Positions 1 to 8,248 of a stretch of 64,000 nt of DNA are shown in pieces. The notes under the pieces are model-generated. The model was not told where the DNA came from and ran no database searches. It worked only from the letters and a program-made list of their open reading frames with translations. The position numbers and the translations under genes were made by a program. How positions within the stretch are numbered: position 1 is the stretch's first letter; each line of letters begins with the position of its first letter. Origin of the DNA: Pelagomonas calceolata (Eukaryota); NCBI GenBank assembly GCA_918797485.1, contig CAKKNE010000005.1:5022001-5086000 (forward strand). Direction: 5' to 3'.

Positions 1-40
1 GCTTTATCGCCTGCAATCGAGTCTGTCTTGCAAGGGATCC

Positions 41-157
41 CTAGTGTCTTACAGGCCGCTAGCGATTCCTAAACGCGCCAGAGTCCTGAAAGCCGCGCCC
101 CGGAGCGGTACCCCCTCAACTGCGTTGGAGCTTGCTAGTGCCTTACAGGCCGCTAGC
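41..157 (+). repeat. Composite dispersed element: two GCTAGTGTCTTACAGGCCGCTAGC-type motifs (41-63, 131-157) flanking GCGGTACCCCCTCAA
   Basis: Read directly. The reverse complement aligns with 31982-32120. Confidence 0.8.
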
Positions 158-520
158 TTCCCAAGCTTTTTAACTTGTTTGCAGGCACGGCGCCGCAGAA
201 GCTAAATACCCGCACGTTAGGCAATTTGGGCCCTCCCTCCAATCTCGATGGGGGCACCTCCGTGGCAAGCTAGTGTCGTCGTGTGCTTAGGATCCCCCTG
301 GGACCCAACAGGCCTAGTTTCGGGACCCCTGGGCCTAGTTTCGCCGCGCCCGTCCAAATCACCTGCACTCTTTGCCAGAGTCTTTGGCTCACCCTTGACG
401 GGTTTTCCACCCTACCCTCACCCGCACCCTTCTCCCAGACTGGGCACCCTTCACCCTTACCCTCGACGGGTAAACGCGGGTAAAAGGGTGCCACCCTTGC
501 CCTTTTGCTGCCCTGCGCGC

Positions 521-1189
521 ATGCCGTCGCCACCACGACCCGACGTCGACATCGAGGGCTCCGACGCGGAACTAGAACGGACCATGTGCACGCCGGTCCA
601 GCGCCACGCGCCGGCGCGCGACGCGCCCTGGTCGGCGCCGGGCGCGGTGTTCAGGCCCATCTGCGCGAGCCCGCTCACGCCGCCCAACGCGACGTCGGAG
701 ATCAACCGCCACGCGGCGCGCCACGCGGTCGAGTGCTATGTGGTTTATGGCGCGAAGCTCGCGGCGCGGCGCGGCGGCAAAGGCCCTTTTTCGCCCGGCG
801 CCGCGGCCGTCGCCGCGGCGCGCGCGAAGTGCCGCCTGCTCTGCCGCGAGGCCGGGACGCGCCGCGCGTTACGACGGCAGCTCGTCAAGGCCGTCGACGC
901 GCGGCGCGGCAAGGAGTCGCGCGCCAATGGGCTTCTGAGGGAGCTCCTCTCAGAATTACGGGAGCTGGACGGCATCGGCTCGCCGGAGCCGTGCACGCCG
1001 TTCTCGCCGAAGCGGATGAACTTGCGGGGCGCCGTGCGCGTGCCCCTGCCGCCTTCCGAAATTGATCGAGTTGGCGCCGAATTGAGTGAGATGCGAGGCG
1101 GGCTGTCGCGGCGGGACGTCGGGATCGCGGTCGTCGTCGCCGGGCTCGGGGCATTGACGCTCGCGGCGACGACAGTTTTCGGCGCATAA
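521..1189 (+). CDS. Hypothetical protein with C-terminal hydrophobic (tail-anchor-like) segment
   Basis: ORF 248..1189. GC3-rich coding style begins near ATG 521, and the protein ends VGIAVVVAGLGALTLAATTVFGA. Confidence 0.55.
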   Translation: MPSPPRPDVDIEGSDAELERTMCTPVQRHAPARDAPWSAPGAVFRPICASPLTPPNATSEINRHAARHAVECYVVYGAKLAARRGGKGPFSPGAAAVAAARAKCRLLCREAGTRRALRRQLVKAVDARRGKESRANGLLRELLSELRELDGIGSPEPCTPFSPKRMNLRGAVRVPLPPSEIDRVGAELSEMRGGLSRRDVGIAVVVAGLGALTLAATTVFGA

Positions 1190-1239
1190 CCTTTTTGTTT
1201 TGGTGACCTGTCGCCGCGATGGCGTCGAGGAGTCGCTCG

Positions 1240-1263
1240 GCTAGTGTCTTACAGGCCGCTAGC
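1240..1263 (+). promoter_or_regulatory. Copy of the recurrent intergenic GCTAGTGTCTTAC...GCTAGC motif
   Basis: gctagtgtcttacaggccgctagc, about 270 bp upstream of the BET3 ATG. Confidence 0.6.
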
Positions 1264-1535
1264 TAGCTGTGCGGCGCGCTCATTTTACACGAGGAGCAAT
1301 CGTCGAGCAGCAGTAGTGCTCTCGCGAACGCCATCTATCAGTACTGAAGCCCTGCGCCCCGCCGCAACGACGTCGCGCAGCTAGGCAAGCAGACAGGCAG
1401 ACACAGCCAGCACAAAAGCAGCAAAAAGCAGCATCCTCGTGCCGCGGGCCGGGGTTCCCGCTTGACATCAGCAAAAGGCAGCAAAAGCCTGCGCGAGAAC
1501 CAGGCACCGCTCGACGGCCACAAAAAGCAGCACCC

Positions 1536-2126
1536 ATGGCCCAGCAGACGCCGACCTCCAACAGCGTCAAAGCCTTACGGGCAAGAGGCGACCAGGTCTG
1601 GGCGCGCATGCCGAAATGCAACGCCGAGTTCTTCCGCTTGACGTATGGTGCTTTAGTGGTGCAACTGGTCGAGGACTGCGATGATATCAAAGAAGTGAAC
1701 GACAAACTCCTTTCTATGGGGGTGTCTATCGGTACTCGTATAATAGACGAGTTCCTCGCCAAGAGCAACCAAAGGGAGCCGTGCAAATCCTTCGAGGAGA
1801 CCTGCGAGGTCGTCGGGCGCGTCGCCTTCAAGATGTTTTTAGGGGTCGAGGCCGATGTGAGGAATTGGAACGAGGATAAATCAAGGTGTTCGCTCGTGTT
1901 CCCCGAGAACCCCCTGAACGAGAACGTGGAGCTGCCGCCGGGCAAGAACTTCCTCTACTCAAATATTATTTGCGGCGCGATTCGAGGCGCCTTGGAGCAG
2001 ATCCTCTACAAGGTCGACGTGTACTGCATCAAGGACACGCTGCGGGGCGACGACACGAACGAGATCGGGATCACGTTTGTTTCGAGGCTGCAGGCGGAGA
2101 TGGACGACCAGTACAAGGAGTCGTAA
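1536..2126 (+). CDS. TRAPPC3: TRAPP complex subunit Bet3/TRAPPC3
   Basis: Motifs EFFRLTYGALVVQL, MGVSIGTRIIDEFLAKS, ENPLNENVELP and YSNIICGAIRGALE. Confidence 0.95.
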   Translation: MAQQTPTSNSVKALRARGDQVWARMPKCNAEFFRLTYGALVVQLVEDCDDIKEVNDKLLSMGVSIGTRIIDEFLAKSNQREPCKSFEETCEVVGRVAFKMFLGVEADVRNWNEDKSRCSLVFPENPLNENVELPPGKNFLYSNIICGAIRGALEQILYKVDVYCIKDTLRGDDTNEIGITFVSRLQAEMDDQYKES

Positions 2127-2727
2127 GTATGTTTTTATAGTTGGGTGTTGCGTCGACGGCGCGTCTAGGCGTCGCGTCGATGGCGTAAAGCGTGGGCCCG
2201 TCCGTGCTTGGCGGACGAGGTCCTCGCCTCTCTTGACCCGGCGGCTGGTTGGGAGGCGTTCTTGCCAGCCTGAGGCCCGCGTCGCCGCGGAGGTGGCCGT
2301 CGCGGGCCTTCGCTTGCCCGTCTCAGACCAGAAAGTCCTAGACGAAGTAGAGACGTCGTTCGCAGCCCAGGATCGCTGCGCGAGGGGACGCCACTAGCCT
2401 CCGCCATTTCATGGACCAGCGAGCGAGCTATTGGGAGCGTCGCTTGCACGCTACAGCGTCTAAATACAAAAACGGAGGAGCGGCAGAGCACCGCTGAGGC
2501 CCTGACTTGCAGCGGGCGAACGGACATCGCCTGGCTCGAGCGGTCTGGCGAGCGCGAGCTGCACTTGTAGCCAGCGACCATCTGCAGCTCAGCGAGCGCG
2601 CGCCGCCGCCGCGGCCCGACGGAGAGCTCTCTGCGAGACGCCGCGCGCCACCGACGCTGTCGACGACGCGCCGCCGCGGCCAAGGATTGCCAACGAAACG
2701 CTCGCGTCACACAGGTCGTAAGCCAAG

Positions 2728-4090
2728 ATGGGTAAGACCATCCGCGGCGCCCGTAAGGGCAAGAACTCCATCTTCACGGCGCACACGCGCCTGCGCAAGG
2801 GCCCCGTGCGCCTGCGCAAGATCGACTACGCCGAAAAGTGCGCGGGCCGCGTCCCTCTCTCGCGACTCTTCGACCGACCGATTGGCGCAACGGCAGCGCG
2901 TCAGATTCCAGTCCTGAAGGTTACGTGTTCGAATCACGTATCGGTCACAGCAGCACTGAGCCTCGGTGGTCCGGGGGGTGGACTTCAGTTCCACAGCCGT
3001 TTCGCGACGGAGCGGTTCGATTCCGTCTGGGCTGCGACTGCTGGATTGGTGTAGTGGTTATCACGTCTGCTTTACACGCAGTAGGTCACCGGTTCGAGCC
3101 CGGTATCCAGTAGAGAGCGTCGGAGAGAGCGCGCGAGGGCACGCCGGTCACGCGTTTTTTCCCCACTCGCAGGGAGGGCTACGTCAAGGGCGTCGTGAAG
3201 GCCATCGTCCACGAGTCGGGCCGCGGCGCGCCCATCGCGAAGGTCCAGTTCCAGAATGCGTACCGGTATCAGAGGGATACGGAGCTCTTCGTCGCGGCCG
3301 AGGGCATGCACGAGGGCGCGTTCGTGTACTGCGGCGCCAAGGCGCAGCTGGCGGTCGGCAACGTGCTGCCGCTGAAAGCGATCCCCGAGGGCACGGTCGT
3401 GTGCAACGTCGAGGCCAAGCTCGTGCGCGGGCCGCGTCCGCTTCTCTTCAATCCGACCGATTGGCGCAACGGTAGCGCGTCAGATTCCAGTCCTGAAGGT
3501 TACGTGTTCGAATCACGTATCGGTCACAGCAGCACTGAGCCTCGGTGGTCCGGGGGGTGGACTTCAGTTCCACAGCCGTTTCGCGACGGAGCGGTTCGAT
3601 TCCGTCTGGGCTGCGTTATACACACCATCGTCGAGAGGCGACAAGAGAGCTCCTGGTCACCCGCACGTCCACGCAGGGCGACCGCGGCGCGTTCGCGCGG
3701 TGCTCGGGCGACTACGCCGTCGTCGTGACGCACGACGAGGAGAAGGGCACGACGAAGCTGCGCCTGCCGTCGGGCGGCAAGAAGAGCGTCAAGTCCGTGT
3801 GCCGCGCCATGGTCGGCATCGTCGCGGGCGGCGGCCGCACGGACAAGCCCATGCTCAAGGCGGGCCGGGCATACCACAAGTATCGCGTGAAGCGCAACGA
3901 GTGGCCCAAGGTTAGGGGTGTTGCGATGAACCCCGTGGAGCACCCGCACGGCGGCGGCAACCACCAGCACATTGGTCATCCTTCCACTACTCGTAGAGAT
4001 GATGTTGCGGGCAAGAAGGTCGGTCTGATCGCGGCGCGGCGAACGGGCCGGCTCCGCGGCATCAAGAAGACGGCGGTGGACAAGGACTAG
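2728..4090 (+). CDS. RPL8: 60S ribosomal protein uL2 (L8); exons 2728-2837, 3173-3422, 3677-4090; 257 aa
   Basis: [11 protein letters not shown]..., HESGRGAP and [25 protein letters not shown]. Removing two GT-AG introns restores DYAEK|EGYVKG and EAKL|GDRG. Confidence 0.97.
2876..2947 (+). tRNA. trnW: tRNA-Trp(CCA), copy 1
   Basis: Acceptor stem GACCGAT/ATCGGTC, D arm GCGC-AACGGCA-GCGC, anticodon arm TCAGA-TTCCAGT-CCTGA, T arm ACGTG-TTCGAAT-CACGT; 72 nt. Confidence 0.93.
2950..3036 (+). tRNA. trnU: tRNA-Sec(UCA), copy 1
   Basis: 87 nt with a eukaryote-type 9/4 fold: 6-bp D stem CCTCGG-TGGT-CCGGGG, anticodon arm GTGGA-CTTCAGT-TCCAC, long variable arm CCGTT-TCGC-GACGG, 4-bp T stem GCGG-TTCGATT-CCGT, G discriminator. 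Confidence 0.92.
3040..3112 (+). tRNA. trnV: tRNA-Val(UAC)
   Basis: Acceptor GCTGGAT/ATCCAGT, D arm GGTGTAGTGGTTATCAC, anticodon arm CTGC-TTTACAC-GCAG, T arm ACCGG-TTCGAGC-CCGGT; 73 nt. Confidence 0.93.
3455..3526 (+). tRNA. trnW: tRNA-Trp(CCA), copy 2
   Basis: Identical to copy 1 except one D-loop base (CGGTAGC vs CGGCAGC). Confidence 0.93.
3529..3615 (+). tRNA. trnU: tRNA-Sec(UCA), copy 2
   Basis: Same sequence as 2950-3036. Confidence 0.92.
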
Positions 4091-4197
4091 ACGGCCGCGG
4101 CTAGTTTTTAATTGGGGTTTCTCTTTTACTCTGTAGTAGTACTGGCAGTGTCACACAAGGCGCAAGGGGAGGTGCAGGTGTCTTCACGCGCTTCGCG

Positions 4198-4422
4198 TCA
4201 GTCTGAGGAAAGCAGGGAGTCCCGGCGCGCGAGCCTGCGTCGGTTGCGTCGCGTCGACGGCGTCGCGGCGATGGCGTGCGAATTCCACGCGGGTCTACGA
4301 ACTCCTTGAGCTTCATCATCTGCTCGTCGGCCAACTTATCCATCTCCTCTTGGATCTTCTTCGGGAACGCGTAGGGGCAGGCGCGCGTCGCCTCCATGAC
4401 GCTTACCTTCGTCGCGTGGAAC
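4198..4422 (-). pseudogene. 3' exons of an unidentified minus-strand gene (putative intron 4235-4302); no clear 5' exon
   Basis: Spliced reading gives FHATKVSVMEATRACPYAFPKKIQEEMDKLADEQMMKLKE|LARRDSLLSSD*. An acceptor-like CACGCACAG lies at 4423-4431. Confidence 0.4.
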
Positions 4423-4896
4423 CTGTGCGTGAGTCGAGTGTCGCGGCGATGGCGTGCTGAGGGAATCGACGCGGCGTTTTGGCTGCTTCATCATTACGGG
4501 TGAAGGCGCGCATCGTGCAGACGTCACCAATGGACACGACCAGCGCAGCAACACAGTTGCAGACCGACTATCGATGGGTTTCAACACCTCGTCACGGCCG
4601 CAACGTCTCCCACCAATGCAGGCTGACACTGTTGCTGTTTTGCCAGAGCGATTATTGATGCAATTTGATGGGTTTGACACGGCCTGACGGTCGGTTTCGA
4701 CGATGAGATCAATGATGATGGTGTTGGTCAACGCCCTGACACCTCAGGTTAGCCAGGAACACCCGATCAAAGGCGCTTGCGCAGTTGCGACTCCTGGGAA
4801 AACCCGTGGCGACTCAGGGACGATGTGTCCAGGGGGAGCGGAAGCGCCCAGGAGGGCGCGCGGAGAAGTAAAAAAACACGGATACAGAACGATGAT

Positions 4897-7026
4897 TTAG
4901 GAATACTTCTCCACGTCCAGCCCCACGCCCTCGACGTCGTAGAACGTCTGATCCGAAGGCAGGTAGCCGACCATGGCCCGGTCCAGGCCGGGCAGGACGT
5001 CCGGCGGCACGACCCGGAACCCCATGGCCTCGTACCATTTGACCAATTTCCCGGAGCCGCCGTCGCGCTCGACGAAGAGCATGTACCTGAAATCGAGCGC
5101 GCGGCACGCCCGCATCGCCTCCTTGAAGAGGACCTCGCCGATGTTCCGCCCCCGCGCCGCCGGCTCGACGAAGACGGCGACGCCCGCCGCGACCTTGGCC
5201 GTGCCCCTTCTGGAGTCCCGTTCCACTTTTGTAGAATCGCCGCCGTGGAGAATGGCGGAGAGGGCGTCGTCCGTGCCCGGCGTCGGCTCGTCGGGCAGCC
5301 TCACTAAGTAGTACCCGAGTTCCAGTCCTGTTGATGTGACGGCGGCCGTCCGCAATTCCCCATTCTTGATTGAGGTGGCGACGGTCGCGCGGTCGTTCTG
5401 GGCCGCGCGCGCGAAGGATCGTTGGGTCACGAGGCGCCGACGTCGGCGCCTCTTCCTAAGTTTGGGATAGAGCTGCCGCGGGGCCGCGGAGAGGACCGCC
5501 TCCAACTCGTCGCTCGACGCGGTGGCGACGCCGTCGACGACGTCGAGGCGCGCCGTCTGAATCGCGCTTGCGTCCCGGTAGTCCGCGGGGAGGCGCCGCC
5601 GCCGCGCGAGTGGTCTGCGTGTGAGCTGGTCCGAACTCTACCGGACGGCGAGCGACGAGTCGCGGCGATGGCGTATATGAAGCGGGACGCCGGCCGCGCA
5701 CCGCTTCGGTAAGATGGCGGGGCACCAGGGCCCGCGGACGTCGCCCGAGTCGACGTAGAACTTCGTGCCCGAGCCCCTATCTTTTATGGTACGTACCTGG
5801 CCGTCGAAGTCTCCATAAAAACGCGTCGCCAGGCCGTAGGGCGGCAGGCGTTTTTGTAGAGCGTAGGCCGCGCCGTCTGATGTGGTAGCGATCGTGAGAG
5901 GGCCGTGTTTTGTCGAGACGCATCTTAACGCACCGGGCTCCGGTAGTTGATTGGATTCGCAGACCTCGACGCGCCTTGCGAGCTTCGGCGCCGCCTCCAC
6001 TTCCACTAGATCCGCGTCGTCGCCGAGCCACGGTCTTATGGAGTGGGCGAAGGCGTCTCCCACCTTCGTCGAGTAGCCCCCTTCCAGGCCCAGCACGACG
6101 GGGACGCCTAAAGTTTCAGCGGCATCTTTTGTAGCGCGCCCTATTCGTACATAATCCTGGGGTCGCAGGCGGCACTGCGCCAGCGGGTCCTCGAGCAGCG
6201 CATCGAAGCCCGCGCTCACTACTAGTAACCCATTGCTTCCTGAAACACGATCTGCCACAAACTTCAGACAGCGGTCCCAAGCGCCGCAGAACTCGACGGC
6301 GTCGGCGCCTCTTTTCACACACGCATTCAATCGATTGCCCAGTAAACCTTGGTCGGAAGGGTCATCACCCGTGTTCGGCCAGAGCGGCGCCTGGTGCGCC
6401 GACGCGTACATTACTCGAGCTTCCTCGTCGGCGTACGCGGCGACGCCGTTGCCGTGATGGACATCAAAATCCAGCAAAGCCACCCAGTCCTTGCCGAGGA
6501 CGTCGAGGGCGTAGGCGGCCGCGCCCGCCGCGAAGTTGTACAAGCAGAAGCCGTCGGCCACGTGCCGCGACGCGTGGTGGCCGGGTGGACGCGAGAGCGC
6601 CACCGCCAATTCATTTTGGATAGAAGCGTGGTCCACGGCGTCGAGCCACAGCGATTGGGCCCGCAGCATCGTCTGATGCGATCCCCGTTTCGCGTACGTG
6701 TCGACCGCTAGTCGCGTGCGCCCGAAGCGGTAGAACTTTGACGCTTTTTTCACTCGTGAAATATGCTGGTTTGAGTGTACGCGTCGGACCGACTCTTCAG
6801 CGTCTGTCCTCGCTTGTTTGAGGTACTGCCAGGTCGCGTCGGTCTTTTCGAGCGCTCGCCGGCAGTCGTCGACGCGGCGCGGCGTCTCGGGGTGGCCCTT
6901 GGCGTTGCTGTGCGTCGCGTGTCTGGGGTCGTAGAAGATCTTGACGCCGCTTGGATGCAATGCGTTTACTCCGCCCGAATGCAGGGCGACGCTGTGCACC
7001 AATGCGCAGCGCCAGAGCAGCCTCAT
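4897..7026 (-). CDS. Putative fusion: N-terminal targeting-like peptide + HDAC-family deacetylase + Rieske-like domain + GNAT acetyltransferase (about 680 aa; intron 5615-5701)
   Basis: HDAC motifs RPPGHHA, GFCLYN, DFDVHHGNG, SAGFDA and LEGGY. GNAT motifs VFVEPAARGRNIGEVL and LVKWYEAMGF. The two ORFs share a frame and are joined by an 87-nt GT-AG intron. Confidence 0.75.
5615..5701 (-). other. Spliceosomal intron (87 nt), related in sequence to intron 46363-46424
   Basis: GTGCGCGGCCGGCGTCC...ATACGCCATCGCCGCGACTC...CTCACACGCAG; it contains the only in-frame stop between the two ORFs. Confidence 0.8.
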
Positions 7027-7177
7027 TGCAGCCCGGCGCAGTGCTGCCCAGTGCCACAAAACGAGCGCAGCTCTCCTATAGCTTTGTGCAGCGTGGAAAG
7101 GAGCTGCGTTGCGTGACGTGACTAACGATACCGATGCAGGGCGCAGTGCCAGGGCACTTGCACCGTCTGCACTCGCT

Positions 7178-7203
7178 GCTAGCGTGCTGTAAGACACTAG
7201 CAA
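7178..7203 (-). promoter_or_regulatory. Copy of the recurrent intergenic motif
   Basis: Reverse complement is ttgctagtgtcttacagcacgctagc, about 150 bp upstream of ATG 7026. Confidence 0.6.
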
Positions 7204-7319
7204 ACAATGTAGTTTTGGGCTTGTGGCGCAAACCTGTACCGATCCTGATTGAAAAGGTGCGCACCCCACCGCGCGCTGATCGCTGCAAGAGGGGGTGTAG
7301 GTAAAACTATACTGTGGTC

Positions 7320-7810
7320 TTAGGCATCGCGGCGACTACGTGCAGGCAGTACATCAGTGAAAAGTTTTCCCCTTGCCAGCCCCAGTGTCTGTCGGACTGC
7401 TGGTATCTTCGGGTGCGATGGCCCTAGTACCCTAAGTGCAGTCCGCTCGAGCTTCTCCAGCACCGCCACGGCCAGACGTAGCTCTTCCAGTGAGGGGGCG
7501 GGCTTATAGACGAGCGCCTGGGCGTAAGAATAACGGAGGCCCAGTGTAATATCGTCCTCTTCTCCCAAAAGTTTTCGGCTTTTGGGGAGCATCTCCGTGC
7601 ACAACGCTCTGGCTTCGGAGTAAAGATCAATCCCAGGGGCGATGAGAGCGGAGGCCAATTGCAAGGCCGAATGCAACAAGTCACGCTTAGCCCGATCATC
7701 AGTTTTCTCGATGGTCTTGAGGGTAGCATAGACCTCTCGATGTATCGCGAGAGACTCTTCGTGCCGCCCAAGTTTAGATAAAGCCGCCCGACAGCAGGCA
7801 GCATCCTCAC
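7320..7810 (-). pseudogene. 5'-truncated fragment of a TPR-like (kinesin-light-chain-type repeat) protein
   Basis: LGRHEESLAIHREVY...SRKLLGEEDDITLGLR...RVLGPSHP; no plausible start codon or promoter space. Confidence 0.55.
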
Positions 7811-8194
7811 GACTACGCCGGGAACGCCGGCGACATGGACTACATCTGCGAGTGTTGGTTGGGGCCGGTGCCGCCCACGCCGTCACCGACAACGCCGGAG
7901 CCCACGACGCCCGCCCCTACTAACGATTGCACGGACGGCGTCGAGGGCTACAGCAACGAGTGCTCGGCCGACTGCTCGTCGACGACCCCGGGAACTTGCC
8001 GGTATTACATACGCAACGCCGACTGGGGCGAGGAGCGGACGTGCTCGCACTGGTGCGGGAGCCAAGGCCTCACCTGTCACGCCATGTACGACGACAGCGG
8101 CAACAGTTGCTGCAATTACAAAGGCAACAAACTTAGTTGCGACTACACCGGGGACTCCAGTGACATGGATTTCATCTGCGAGTGTTGGCCATGA
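7811..8194 (+). pseudogene. 5'-truncated fragment of a Cys-rich repeat (probably extracellular) protein
   Basis: Begins mid-repeat with DYAGNAGDMDYICECW, has a PTPSPT linker, and ends DYTGDSSDMDFICECWP*. Confidence 0.5.
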
Positions 8195-8248
8195 ATTTCC
8201 CCCCCTCCTACTCTGGGCTAGAATAACAAGGTTCTAGACAACATCAAC

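Larger units (their letters stand above)
2838..3172 (+). other. RPL8 intron 1 (335 nt) hosting three tRNA genes
   Basis: GTGCGCGGGCCGCGTCC...TTTTTTCCCCACTCGCAG; splicing restores the frame. Confidence 0.92.
3423..3676 (+). other. RPL8 intron 2 (254 nt) hosting two tRNA genes
   Basis: GTGCGCGGGCCGCGTCC...CCACGCAG; splicing restores the frame. Confidence 0.92.

Noticed and set aside
41..157. Motif-spacer-motif as a CRISPR-like array
   Set aside because: Only two units, about 70-nt spacer, copies dispersed in promoters, eukaryotic context, no cas genes.
405..505. ACCCT-rich run resembling telomeric repeats
   Set aside because: No regular CCCTAA units; at most low-complexity or G4-prone promoter DNA.
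2165..2410. Small minus-strand ORF between BET3 and RPL8
   Set aside because: No recognisable domain and low-complexity translation; cannot be supported.
2838..3728. ORFs 2838..3113, 2966..3475 and the N-terminal parts of 3545..4090, which share duplicated peptide text
   Set aside because: They are translations of the intronic tRNA cassettes, not protein.
4480..4740. ATGATGA box-C-like words suggesting snoRNAs
   Set aside because: No suitably spaced box D with a terminal stem was found.
5431..5452. Perfect 22-bp palindrome GAGGCGCCGACGTCGGCGCCTC
   Set aside because: Single GC-rich instance inside a coding linker, with no supporting structure.
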